Shown: one piece after another, positions 31,894 to 40,951 of the stretch
Layout: every line of letters begins with the position of its first letter
How positions within the stretch are numbered: position 1 is the stretch's first letter
Virus record (IMG/VR): IMGVR_UViG_3300025141_015556
Length of the DNA stretch: 64,000 nt
Reading direction: 5' to 3' (one strand)
Origin: a virus
The notes under the pieces: model-generated
Databases searched by the model: none
Seen by the model: only the letters and a program-made list of their open reading frames with translations
Told to the model about the DNA's origin: nothing
Made by a program: the position numbers and the translations under genes

Positions 31894-32290
31894 CCCAGCT
31901 TATCTCCCAGTCTTTAAACTCCGCTGCCAAACAATCAATTTTATAATCTTTTCTACCGCCGGCAACTTCTTGAATTTTGTTTTTTGCTGTGTTTCTAATT
32001 CCATTAAGGCCGTGAGTAAGTTCAAGATTATTACCATCCTTAATGCCTTTTCGATAGTTTGATTCGTTATGCCAAATATGCAAATTCATTTGTGACAATA
32101 CAACAACCGATCTAATCAATTTGGCATCAACCGAACCACAGTCCGGGAGCAATAAGTCTATATCATGACAAATATCATTTATTTCCTGCGCATACTGCTC
32201 CTTGTTCTCGGACAAAAACACTTCCTTAAGCTGCACAATAGACAATCTATCTATCAACTCAGACAACGTGGGCAAATATTTCCTACTCAT
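31886..32290 (-). CDS. Hypothetical helical protein of the glycan locus
   Basis: ELIDRLSIVQLK...N..IWH.E...R...N..R...KNKI pattern; coupled to neighbours. Confidence 0.6.
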   Translation of the reverse strand: MSRKYLPTLSELIDRLSIVQLKEVFLSENKEQYAQEINDICHDIDLLLPDCGSVDAKLIRSVVVLSQMNLHIWHNESNYRKGIKDGNNLELTHGLNGIRNTAKNKIQEVAGGRKDYKIDCLAAEFKDWEISWDG

Positions 32291-33200
32291 TCTTTTCCAC
32301 CGCTATCGCCTGCACAATACCATCAGCCAAACGATCATCAACATTGGTATACTTTTTGGCAATTTCATAATTCTCTTCCACATATTCTAACATCTCACGA
32401 TATTTTTTTTCAGTTAAGCTGTCGAGAATCTCAAACAGCTCGGGGCCGGTCTTAAAACTTAAAATTCCACGAGCATTAAAGTAATCTCCTATATTTTCAC
32501 ATCCCCAAAATATAGGAATTGTCCCGCATCGAAACGTATCAACAAGCGTCTCAGTAAAATAATTATCATGCTTTGCGTTCATAACGGTAATACTAAAACA
32601 ATAATCACTTAATGGAGTTCTCTTATCATCAAACGGCTTGTAGGCCGAACCCCATAAATCTACTTCAATCTTGCCCTGAATCGACTCAGCAATAATATGC
32701 CTGAGCTTGTGGCCGCGGCACCAACTTTTATCTGATATAATGTGAGACACTAGCTTCGTTTTGTCGTATACTTTTGCGTTCTCGTCTTCAATCCAGGTGG
32801 TGCCGACTCCTTCAATCTTTATATACTTATCGCCGCGGTTCAACAATTCCTTGTCGTGGGTAAATATAAAGTCAAACTTGTTTTCAACCTGTCCGATCCA
32901 CTCATATGCAAACGGGTGAACAGTTCGGCATTCGTTCACAAAAGCAATTTTATATTTGCTTTTTACACTATCAACGTATGGAGAAAAAAAGTCCTTGTCT
33001 GTAAAGACCGTTGCCAAGGTTTCCTCCTCTGGGGGTTGCGCGGGTGAGACCGCACAATCTTGAATGCCCCCTAAATACTGCCACTGAACCTTTTTCGGCG
33101 TACAGGCGGCGCCAGTTAGGCTCCAAAGATCGTTCTTATAGCATTTGGTGGTCATCAAGCTATCGTATAAATTAATTTTCATTTTATCTTCTTGCGTCAT
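32283..33200 (-). CDS. Glycosyltransferase family 10-like (fucosyltransferase-type)
   Basis: FDFIFTHD, S.K....GHKLRH, YCFSITVMN...DNYFTETLVDTF..GTIPIFWG (variant of the GT10 ENS...YxTEK motif). Confidence 0.75.
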   Translation of the reverse strand: MTQEDKMKINLYDSLMTTKCYKNDLWSLTGAACTPKKVQWQYLGGIQDCAVSPAQPPEEETLATVFTDKDFFSPYVDSVKSKYKIAFVNECRTVHPFAYEWIGQVENKFDFIFTHDKELLNRGDKYIKIEGVGTTWIEDENAKVYDKTKLVSHIISDKSWCRGHKLRHIIAESIQGKIEVDLWGSAYKPFDDKRTPLSDYCFSITVMNAKHDNYFTETLVDTFRCGTIPIFWGCENIGDYFNARGILSFKTGPELFEILDSLTEKKYREMLEYVEENYEIAKKYTNVDDRLADGIVQAIAVEKNE

Positions 33201-34180
33201 TATCCGCTCGTCTCCTCATAATCGAGTAAGTATTTGTTGAAAAGATCAGAATTTTTATTTTTCAACACGCCGTCCACTTGCATTAAAAACTCTTTAGTGC
33301 ACTCTTCTGAGTGTTTAACCTTGCGGCCATAGCTGCATGCTATGTGGCCCTGTGCTTTATACCTGTTTATAGACGCGTCCTTGTGATATTCTATATCATC
33401 AACAATTTTATCCAAATTATCTCTAAAGCGGCTTGTTTGTACAGAAGATGCCAACGCGTTCTCCCCCATAAAATTAATCACCCTATTTAATTCAGGAAAA
33501 GGATCCCGAATAAAATCTTCATATTTGATCAATAGGGCCTTGTTTGAATTTGTTTTAGAAACTTTATCGTGATATTCCAAAAGTTCATAATATCGTTTCA
33601 ATTGATAACTAAAATGAAAATGATGAAGAAAAGTGCCAGAAAGAATCGCTTCTAGGCCGGGCCCTTTTTTCTCTGTGGGGTTCTCTTCTATGGTTGGATA
33701 GCCAGTTAATAAAAAATCTTTTAAGCGCTGTTCTGCTTTCAGTTCAGTATACAATTTCTGAAATTGGGGATTCGATACCCAAGCCGGCCCTTTCGTCAAT
33801 GACGCCGAATTACTGAGCCGTTCGCCAGATTCTGTCACCAACGCGGGCCTCTCGTCAGCGGGGAAAAATTTTTCCAGATATTCCCAAAGGCGCCAAACTA
33901 TCGCCGATGGCTCTTTTATATAAGTATTCTTTAGCTCGCTAAAGATAGCTTCTTTATAATTTCTTAACAATAAAATACTCTTCACATCAAAATTGTTTTC
34001 AAGGGTCCAAAGGTCGTTATCATAATTGTGAGAGTGGTACAAAGGATATTCCGCTTCTATGTCTGTTTCAGCAATAAACGCAAAACAATAACGAAACCAG
34101 TTAGACCCAGAACGAGGATAAGATAAACAATACATCACATCTTGACTCGGGTGGTCAATTACTTTTACTTTTTTATTCAT
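33200..34180 (-). CDS. Sulfotransferase-domain protein
   Basis: PAPS-binding loop SYPRSGSNWFR, LLRN...AIFS, IKYEDF..DP. Confidence 0.7.
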   Translation of the reverse strand: MNKKVKVIDHPSQDVMYCLSYPRSGSNWFRYCFAFIAETDIEAEYPLYHSHNYDNDLWTLENNFDVKSILLLRNYKEAIFSELKNTYIKEPSAIVWRLWEYLEKFFPADERPALVTESGERLSNSASLTKGPAWVSNPQFQKLYTELKAEQRLKDFLLTGYPTIEENPTEKKGPGLEAILSGTFLHHFHFSYQLKRYYELLEYHDKVSKTNSNKALLIKYEDFIRDPFPELNRVINFMGENALASSVQTSRFRDNLDKIVDDIEYHKDASINRYKAQGHIACSYGRKVKHSEECTKEFLMQVDGVLKNKNSDLFNKYLLDYEETSG

Positions 34181-34524
34181 TAGTCGCCCTTTTTAATACG
34201 ATAGCTGTCTTCATCAAAATGCTGTGTTGAAAATTCAAATAACTCTGTGTCCTGTAGGGCATACATCTGATGTCTAAGACCTCGATAAACATGGAAAGTG
34301 TCACCAGGATCTAATATTTTTTCCTTGGCGCCATTAAGATCGTCTCGATCCGAATATTTGACTAATAATTTGCCAGATTGTACATAAAACACCTCGTCCT
34401 TGAGCTTATGATAGTGCCACGAACATCGTTTACCTTTCACAAAATATAGCAATTTACCACAATATTCTTCGCAGTTAACAATCCATTTTTCAAATCCCCA
34501 CCCCTTGGAGACAAAATTTACCAT
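34180..34524 (-). CDS. Cupin-fold sugar isomerase-like protein
   Basis: KGWG.E.W, CSWHYHKLKDEVFYV, H.M, EFST.H. Confidence 0.8.
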   Translation of the reverse strand: MVNFVSKGWGFEKWIVNCEEYCGKLLYFVKGKRCSWHYHKLKDEVFYVQSGKLLVKYSDRDDLNGAKEKILDPGDTFHVYRGLRHQMYALQDTELFEFSTQHFDEDSYRIKKGD

Positions 34525-35333
34525 ACTGACTTTCCTCCGTCGATAACGAGGTTTTCTCCAGTCATGTACGTGCTGGCATCAGAGCATAAAAATACAATCG
34601 CTCCCTTATATTCATCAATATCTGCCATTCTACCCATTGGGATTATGTTAGAAAGCTTTTTAACAAACTCTTCAGGATGATTATTATATACTCCCGTGGG
34701 GCTTAGACTGTTTACTCGAATATTTTTCTGAGCGAAATATACAGCAAGATATTTTGTCATTCCAATAATTGCCCATTTGGCTGCGGAATATGTAATAGGC
34801 TTTACATTCTGTTCTTCCTCGGATAGTCCCTCTTTCCTGTAAAGTCTTTGATCGGGAGCAATAACCCCCAAATCTGATGATATGTTTAATATGACACCTC
34901 CTCCGTTTTCTAGCATTTTGTTAGAAACTGCTTGAGAGCAAAAAAATGTACCATTCATAGCAGCGTCGACACCCTGAAACCAGTACGCTGGGGTCATAGT
35001 CTCAAACCGACTGTCGGGAGTTAGGCCTGCTTCTTTCTTTACTTTTGGATCCTTTGCGGCATTGTTAATTAATATATCAATTTTATCACAAAGTTCCACC
35101 ACTGCTTTAACCGATCGAGGATCTGTTACGTCCATATGATAAGCAGCTGCTGATCCTTCGCCATATTTATCATTCAATTGTCGAGCCTTTTCTTCAGCCC
35201 GATCTAGATGATGATCTGTTAAGATTACGGTTCCCCCGTACTCGACAATTGCCTCTGCATGTTTAGGGCCGAGCAAACCGCCAGCACCAGTAATTAATGC
35301 CACTTTGCCGGTTAAATCAAATAGGTTTTTCAT
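34518..35333 (-). CDS. SDR oxidoreductase (PtmA-like, nonulosonate/glycan pathway)
   Basis: TGAGGLLG, LINNAA, YSAAK, IRVNSLSP.G; start moved to MKNLFDL at 35333. Confidence 0.85.
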   Translation of the reverse strand: MKNLFDLTGKVALITGAGGLLGPKHAEAIVEYGGTVILTDHHLDRAEEKARQLNDKYGEGSAAAYHMDVTDPRSVKAVVELCDKIDILINNAAKDPKVKKEAGLTPDSRFETMTPAYWFQGVDAAMNGTFFCSQAVSNKMLENGGGVILNISSDLGVIAPDQRLYRKEGLSEEEQNVKPITYSAAKWAIIGMTKYLAVYFAQKNIRVNSLSPTGVYNNHPEEFVKKLSNIIPMGRMADIDEYKGAIVFLCSDASTYMTGENLVIDGGKSVW

Positions 35334-36087
35334 TGTATAAAGCCTCCATAATTCGTTTATGTTCCTTAATTGTTGTTGTCTCATTACCGAACTCGCCCCT
35401 GGCAGTTTGTAATGTGTATAGCCCATTATACCTGTTTTTTTTCAAAAAGTGAAATATTTGTTTGAAGTTTGTGTCGCCCGTTGGTGGAGAGACTGTTTGT
35501 GCGTCATGTGTGCGATCTTTTAGATGCACATTTTTTATACGATCAAAAATTTGTTCTAGGTACTCTATATGATCAAACCCACAAGATGTTATATTCCCCG
35601 TATCATAAGTAACATAGCAACGATCTGATAAAGATAAAATTTCTTTTAATTTCTCAACCCTTAATTCCGCTTCAAATAAAAAATTTAATGAGCCGTAACG
35701 ATCAATAATCTCGGCCATCAGTTCACAAAAATCTTGTCTAATTTGGTTATCTTCTACGCTACTGTCCTCTAGTAAAGGAATTGTAATGTTATCAATATTG
35801 TTTTTTATAGCTGCGTCGCATAGAGGAATTAAATTACTATGAAGATAACTCTTGTTTACAAATCGACTATCTACCAAGTTGTCAGCGCAAATAGAACTGA
35901 TAGAATAATCAGATACGTTAGCAGTAAAAATTGGATTAGTATCAAACGATTTTTTTGTAACTATCCACTCTATGTGGTTTAAACCAATTTTCGGTAACAG
36001 ATCGAACTCTCTCTGCCAATTGGATGGACATTCTTGAAATCCTTCGACCGGTCGAGAAAGGCGCCCTTGAATTATTCCCATTTTCAT
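35317..36087 (-). CDS. Xylose-isomerase-like TIM-barrel sugar phosphate epimerase/isomerase
   Basis: GIIQGRLS, IEW, YDTGN, VHLKDR, G..NF. Confidence 0.8.
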   Translation of the reverse strand: MKMGIIQGRLSRPVEGFQECPSNWQREFDLLPKIGLNHIEWIVTKKSFDTNPIFTANVSDYSISSICADNLVDSRFVNKSYLHSNLIPLCDAAIKNNIDNITIPLLEDSSVEDNQIRQDFCELMAEIIDRYGSLNFLFEAELRVEKLKEILSLSDRCYVTYDTGNITSCGFDHIEYLEQIFDRIKNVHLKDRTHDAQTVSPPTGDTNFKQIFHFLKKNRYNGLYTLQTARGEFGNETTTIKEHKRIMEALYNEKPI

Positions 36088-36518
36088 GAAAGCTCCTCGA
36101 CTAGTTCTATAAATGTGCCGTCAGGATCTTTGCAAAATGCCACTTTTGCTTTCCCGTCACGAGATTTTGTTGGAGGATTGTTAAATTCAATCCCCTCGCC
36201 AGCTAAATCATCATATAGTTTTTGCAGGTTGTCTACTGTTAAAGCTATATGTGTACAGCCAATATTATTAATATTAATTGCTTGGCCGGCCTTTTTGTGC
36301 GGATTGTGAAAATAAAGTAACTCTATCATATCTTGATTTTCAAGAATCAATTTAACGGTGCGCACTCTAACATTTTCTAAGCCCAAAAATAAATCAATAT
36401 ATTTTCCACTTTCGAGTTGGTTTTTTTTTACCTCAAAGCCTAATATGTCACAATAAAACTCTAATGACTTATCAAGATTGTTAACGACGATCCCGGCATG
36501 TCTAATATTTTTTATCAT
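36084..36518 (-). CDS. VOC (glyoxalase-like) family protein
   Basis: HAGIVV..LDKSLEFY..ILG, IELL, HIALTV, DPDGTFIELVE. Confidence 0.85.
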   Translation of the reverse strand: MIKNIRHAGIVVNNLDKSLEFYCDILGFEVKKNQLESGKYIDLFLGLENVRVRTVKLILENQDMIELLYFHNPHKKAGQAININNIGCTHIALTVDNLQKLYDDLAGEGIEFNNPPTKSRDGKAKVAFCKDPDGTFIELVEELS

Positions 36519-37231
36519 TTTTTTGCGATCGCTAGCAGCATTACTTCTTTAGAGAATCTGACATATTTGTTAAATTTATTAGACACTCGCCATGGCACAT
36601 TGTTTAAAGGACTATAAGGGATTGGCAAAAAGGATAAAATCTTTGAGAAAATTTTTAGCCATGGATATTTCCATAGAACCGGTAATTGATAGAAATAATG
36701 CACTTCAACATTTTGAAAGCCCGCCATTTTTAATGCATCCTCTAGAGAGGTGCGCGTAAAAGGTGTCACATGTGTGTGATCGATATAAAACGCCCCTTTG
36801 TAATTGTGCTCCCAACTTGGTGTCAGAATTACTGCGGTACCTCCTGGCTTCAATTGCTGATGAGAATATTCAAGCAACTTCATCGGATCTCTCATGTGTT
36901 CGATAACTGACTTGCTAAAAACAAAATCAAATTTAATCTCCGGGAACGGCAAGTCGTCATTTTCTAAATCTGCCACCACAACTGGGATATTCTCTACAAA
37001 TTTTGGAGCCTCTGATGATATGTCGGTTCCATAGCTTTCTAATCCGAGGTCTCTGAATACTTTTAGATAATCACCTCGGCCACAACCTAGGTCTAATATT
37101 TTTCCTGGTCCTTTGTAGTGTTCAGCAATGAGGTGCTTTGCAAACAAAAGAGGATACTCCCCATAAGGCGCGCGTTCTTCTGAGTATGTTACCTTTAAGT
37201 AATCGTTAGACTTAAGTGAAGTTTTACTCAT
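36515..37231 (-). CDS. Class I SAM-dependent methyltransferase
   Basis: ILDLGCGRG, FDFVFSKSVIEH, LKPGG. Confidence 0.88.
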   Translation of the reverse strand: MSKTSLKSNDYLKVTYSEERAPYGEYPLLFAKHLIAEHYKGPGKILDLGCGRGDYLKVFRDLGLESYGTDISSEAPKFVENIPVVVADLENDDLPFPEIKFDFVFSKSVIEHMRDPMKLLEYSHQQLKPGGTAVILTPSWEHNYKGAFYIDHTHVTPFTRTSLEDALKMAGFQNVEVHYFYQLPVLWKYPWLKIFSKILSFLPIPYSPLNNVPWRVSNKFNKYVRFSKEVMLLAIAKK

Positions 37232-37299
37232 GCTCGTCTCTTGCTATACAGCTTTCTATAACATCAAAAGCTTCTTCAATCGCATCTGATGTTTTGGTT
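37211..37299. repeat. Direct repeat copy 1 (20 bp + 55 bp identical blocks) of the aminotransferase-end/methyltransferase-start junction
   Basis: cttaagtgaagttttactca (37211-37230) and tcttgctatacagc...gcatctgatgtt (37239-37293) are identical to 38121-38140 and 38143-38197. Confidence 0.95.
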
Positions 37300-38141
37300 G
37301 GACATTCTTGAAAAAGAACAATACTTGGTATCCTGCCCACCACAATAAACTCATCTTTTGATATATCTTGTTGAGTTTTCCAGTATTCAAATATTTCAAT
37401 GTCACTAAAATTACAGCTGCGCAACAGTTCACTAGCTTCGTGCCTTGTGTAGTTTCTTAAGACAACACTGCTTTTTGATATCTTAGTTGTTGTTCGGTGA
37501 GTAAAGACTTTAGTCAAAGCAAGGTGTGAATTTTTAAGTTCACAATCCCACAGCAAATATTGCCAGGGATCTGGTTCATCAAACTCTTGCCAAATTTTAG
37601 CTCTGTTGTTGTCCATGCACTTTAAAATTTTATTATGATCATCGAGTTCTAGAACGATTACTCCCCCATTGTTTATCCTTCCATGGATCTTCTTAAGAAA
37701 CGCTACGCCGGCCCCCCTTTTGACCGGCTCAAAAAATTGGAATGCTAAGTCGGCGCAAAATATTAAGTCAAACTTTGGGAATGATGCCAAATCGCAACAA
37801 AAAATGTCCTTGTTTATATTTATGACATTATCTGCGCCCAAATCATCTTTCCATCTATTGGCGAATTCGTATCTTGATTTGCTTAACTCGACACCATACC
37901 CTTTGTTTAGAATGCCCTCTTCTCTCAATGCGTATAGAAATTTTGAATTACCCGAACCGACATCTAGCACATTGATTTTTCTACTGAACAAGGTTTTGAT
38001 CCGACTAACTTTATTTTTAACATCATCTAACTTAGCTTTCCTATATTTCTCTTCTTCGGGCTTAGAAGAAAACACCTCGTATCCCTCGTAAGCTGAATCA
38101 TTTACGTGTTCATCCCTGTTCTTAAGTGAAGTTTTACTCAC
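37224..38141 (-). CDS. Class I SAM-dependent methyltransferase flanked by direct repeats
   Basis: VLDVGSGN, GVELS, FDLIFC; starts MSKTSLK like the downstream gene and ends TSDAIEEAFDVIESCIAR like the upstream gene. Confidence 0.85.
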   Translation of the reverse strand: MSKTSLKNRDEHVNDSAYEGYEVFSSKPEEEKYRKAKLDDVKNKVSRIKTLFSRKINVLDVGSGNSKFLYALREEGILNKGYGVELSKSRYEFANRWKDDLGADNVININKDIFCCDLASFPKFDLIFCADLAFQFFEPVKRGAGVAFLKKIHGRINNGGVIVLELDDHNKILKCMDNNRAKIWQEFDEPDPWQYLLWDCELKNSHLALTKVFTHRTTTKISKSSVVLRNYTRHEASELLRSCNFSDIEIFEYWKTQQDISKDEFIVVGRIPSIVLFQECPTKTSDAIEEAFDVIESCIARDEHE

Positions 38142-38203
38142 TTCTTGCTATACAGCTTTCTATAACATCAAAAGCTTCTTCAATCGCATCTGATGTTATG
38201 GTT
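38121..38203. repeat. Direct repeat copy 2
   Basis: Differs from copy 1 by the spacer between the blocks (ct versus tgctcgtc) and one substitution near the end. Confidence 0.95.
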
Positions 38204-39396
38204 AAAGGGGGGCCAAGTTTAATCGATTCCCGAGAAGTATATACCGGCAAAACCCCATTGACAATGCAATCTTTGACAATAGAGGTGGCTATCTCACCAC
38301 TTTCAAAAAGCAGCCCCGTAACCATTCCTCGCGTATTGACCGCAGTTACGGGCAGATATTTAAGAAGGTCTTTGCTTCTTTTTTCAAACACTTTACATCT
38401 CTCTTGAAAATCTCTTTGGAATCCTTCATCTGTCAGGAATTGTAGATTGGCTAATGCTGCTGCGCAGCATAAAGCATTTCCGCCATGGGTGCTGCTCAAA
38501 TTGGCATCAAGATCCACATCTATCAGACCTTTAGAGCCCAGCACCGCACCTACCGGCAATGATGAAGAAATTCCCTTACCCAGACAAATCAAGTCTGGTT
38601 TTATGTTTTCTCCATATGTCATATATCCATAAAGAGCGCCCATACGATAGAAGCCGGCTTGAATCTCATCAAAACACACAAGTGCGCCGGCGCCTCTAGC
38701 GAATTTATATAGCTCCTGTATATATTCTTGAGGATACATACACGCACCCCATCCTTGATATGTCTCCAAAAAGAAAGCGGCTATTTGATCGGCCGGCGGG
38801 AGGCTAGCAGGATTAAATTTTGTCGACGCTAAATATGGAAATTTAATAAATACGACATCCTCGTCATTTACTGAGGACCAACCACTGGACTCTGCCGATC
38901 CACAAATAAGGTCTGAGCTTAATACCCTTCCGTGATAGCTGCCCTCAAAAACTATAATATATTTTTTGTCGTTCCTCCTAGCCCACAACTTTATTAGTTT
39001 ATATGCTATATCAGTGGCCTCAGAACCAGTATTAACCAAAACAGCTTTCTCTAAATTGGAAGGAGATATGTCGATTAGCTTTTCAACAAATTTATGGCGG
39101 ATCTCGGTAATATATTGATATGCAAATACTAAATTACTATCTAATTGTTTCTTTATTGCATCTTTAATGGCTGGATTGGAGTGTCCCGCATTCGCCGTGA
39201 ATATACCAGCTGTCATATCAATCCACTTATTTCCGGCTTTATCGAATACAGATGCCCCTTCTGCATGATCCCACACCACCGGTAATTGGTGTTTATTGGC
39301 TTTAGTTTCCAATTCGTATCTTTTTTTATTGAGAGCGCCCTTTTTTAGTTCATAACTGTCAGCTATTTTTCTATATTTGGTGTTGATCATAACCAT
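38134..39396 (-). CDS. Class III PLP-dependent aminotransferase
   Basis: GNKWID, GHSNP, NTGSEA, GSYHGR, FDEIQAGFYR.G, PDLICLGKG, STHGGN; start may be ATG 39390. Confidence 0.9.
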   Translation of the reverse strand: MVMINTKYRKIADSYELKKGALNKKRYELETKANKHQLPVVWDHAEGASVFDKAGNKWIDMTAGIFTANAGHSNPAIKDAIKKQLDSNLVFAYQYITEIRHKFVEKLIDISPSNLEKAVLVNTGSEATDIAYKLIKLWARRNDKKYIIVFEGSYHGRVLSSDLICGSAESSGWSSVNDEDVVFIKFPYLASTKFNPASLPPADQIAAFFLETYQGWGACMYPQEYIQELYKFARGAGALVCFDEIQAGFYRMGALYGYMTYGENIKPDLICLGKGISSSLPVGAVLGSKGLIDVDLDANLSSTHGGNALCCAAALANLQFLTDEGFQRDFQERCKVFEKRSKDLLKYLPVTAVNTRGMVTGLLFESGEIATSIVKDCIVNGVLPVYTSRESIKLGPPLTITSDAIEEAFDVIESCIARSE

Positions 39397-40115
39397 CTAT
39401 CAAGCTCTTCCAATAAAATATGACTATTAGAATCTAATTTATATTGTAACAGATCAAATTGAACCTGTGTATCTACTTCTAGCACAAAATCAGTTACAAT
39501 TGGCAAAATTTTGTTTCCAAATGTGGTGCCCTTTAAGACTGTCGTTTTTTTTACTATATCTATATAGCCATTCGGCTGGTAAGCGGGAGGAAACACTTGG
39601 CGCGGTAAATTACTATAATTTTTATTACCCTTAAAGCTTCTAAAAAAGCCTCCACATTTACCAGACTTGTTTATTTTCAATACTTTATAGGGAGACTCTG
39701 GCAACTCGTGCATCGATCGCACTCCTGTCGCTTTATGTTCTTGTTTCTTATAATAGGTATCGATATGCTTATCCAAGCTGTTCGGGTCTCTCAGGGGCGT
39801 TGTGGGCCTGATATAGGCCACTTCAGAACCCTCAATTTCGCTAAAATAGTGCCCTATAACATCAATATCGGTAGCATCATCAGATGCATACTTTGAAGGA
39901 CGCAAAAAGGGCACTTCGGCGCCATATTTAAAAGCTATGCCGGCTACCTCCTTGTCATCTGTGGATACTATAATACGATCGATATTTTTAGATATTCTGC
40001 AGGCAATTATTGAGTAAGCTAGCAATGGGTGGCCGCAAAGCGTTTTTATGTTTTTCTTTGGCACCCCCTTACTACCACCGCGTGCCGGTATCAGAGCGTG
40101 CATCACTTTACTCAC
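39387..40115 (-). CDS. neuA: CMP-nonulosonic acid synthetase (acylneuraminate cytidylyltransferase)
   Basis: ALIPARGGSKGVPKKNI, VSTDD, EVPFLRP, PTTPLR, Y.PNGYI, EVDT. Confidence 0.88.
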   Translation of the reverse strand: MSKVMHALIPARGGSKGVPKKNIKTLCGHPLLAYSIIACRISKNIDRIIVSTDDKEVAGIAFKYGAEVPFLRPSKYASDDATDIDVIGHYFSEIEGSEVAYIRPTTPLRDPNSLDKHIDTYYKKQEHKATGVRSMHELPESPYKVLKINKSGKCGGFFRSFKGNKNYSNLPRQVFPPAYQPNGYIDIVKKTTVLKGTTFGNKILPIVTDFVLEVDTQVQFDLLQYKLDSNSHILLEELDRWL

Positions 40116-40951
40116 AATGTATTATATTTACGGAGTTTTTTAGCTATGGGAACTTCGGTTTTCATAACTCTCTTAACAGGGCTTCCGAGAGCCTGTTCGA
40201 TATCTCTTACATATTCCACAAGGCGCCTCAAACCTGTAATCTCCAGCGATGCGGCCTGATCTGACCCATACATTGCACGATCTAGAGTAATGTGGCGCTC
40301 CAAGGATGTTGCACCGCGAGAAACGGCGGCGCAGCTAACTATAATCCCCGATTCATGACCACTATAGCCCACATCGCACTGATATCTATCTTTAAGTGTG
40401 TCCATCACCAATAAATTAGCGTCCTGTATTTGCATTGGATACGTGCTATTGGTGTGCATAAGTTCAAATGGACAATTTGCATCTTTAAAAACTTGGACCG
40501 CTGTGTCTATTTGCTCAAGAGTGCTCATCCCTGTAGATATAAATGTGTGTTTTTGCTCTGCTGCAATGTCCTCTAGAAGCTCACGATAAGTTAGCATCGC
40601 AGAAGCCACTTTGTTATATTTTAAGTCATATTGTCTCAAAAATCTTTGACTCTCTGGGTCCCATGCGGAAGCGAACCATTCAATGCCTTTTTCTCGGCAA
40701 TAATTATCAATTTTATCATAATCCTCTTTTGATAATTCTAGCCCAAGTTTTTGATCTCTATTGGTCTTTCCCCATGGGCTTTCACGAGGTTTATCTAATT
40801 CTTCTTTAGAATACACTAAATTTATGGTTCTTTTTTGAAATTTAACCGCATCGCAGCCGGCATCTGCCGCGGCATCAATTAATTTTTTAACGACGTTCAT
40901 ATCTCCATTGTGGTTAATGCCGATCTCTGCGGCTATAAAAGTATGGGTCAT
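40112..40951 (-). CDS. neuB: Nonulosonic acid synthase (NeuB family), short form without C-terminal SAF domain
   Basis: AEIGINHNGD, AGCDAVKFQKR, KVAS, ISTGMS, STYP, GYSGHE, ERHITLDR.MYGSDQAASL. Confidence 0.9.
   Translation of the reverse strand: MTHTFIAAEIGINHNGDMNVVKKLIDAAADAGCDAVKFQKRTINLVYSKEELDKPRESPWGKTNRDQKLGLELSKEDYDKIDNYCREKGIEWFASAWDPESQRFLRQYDLKYNKVASAMLTYRELLEDIAAEQKHTFISTGMSTLEQIDTAVQVFKDANCPFELMHTNSTYPMQIQDANLLVMDTLKDRYQCDVGYSGHESGIIVSCAAVSRGATSLERHITLDRAMYGSDQAASLEITGLRRLVEYVRDIEQALGSPVKRVMKTEVPIAKKLRKYNTL

Noticed and set aside
35334-35426. Longer track starts for the SDR (35426), transketolase C subunit (28410) and ColD-like gene (25892)
   Set aside because: They overlap upstream genes extensively; downstream starts with an RBS or stop-start coupling match the expected domain boundaries.
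37211-38203. Diversity-generating retroelement TR/VR pair or IS target-site duplication
   Set aside because: Adenines are almost fully conserved between the copies, no reverse transcriptase or transposase is present, and the repeat is far longer than a target-site duplication.
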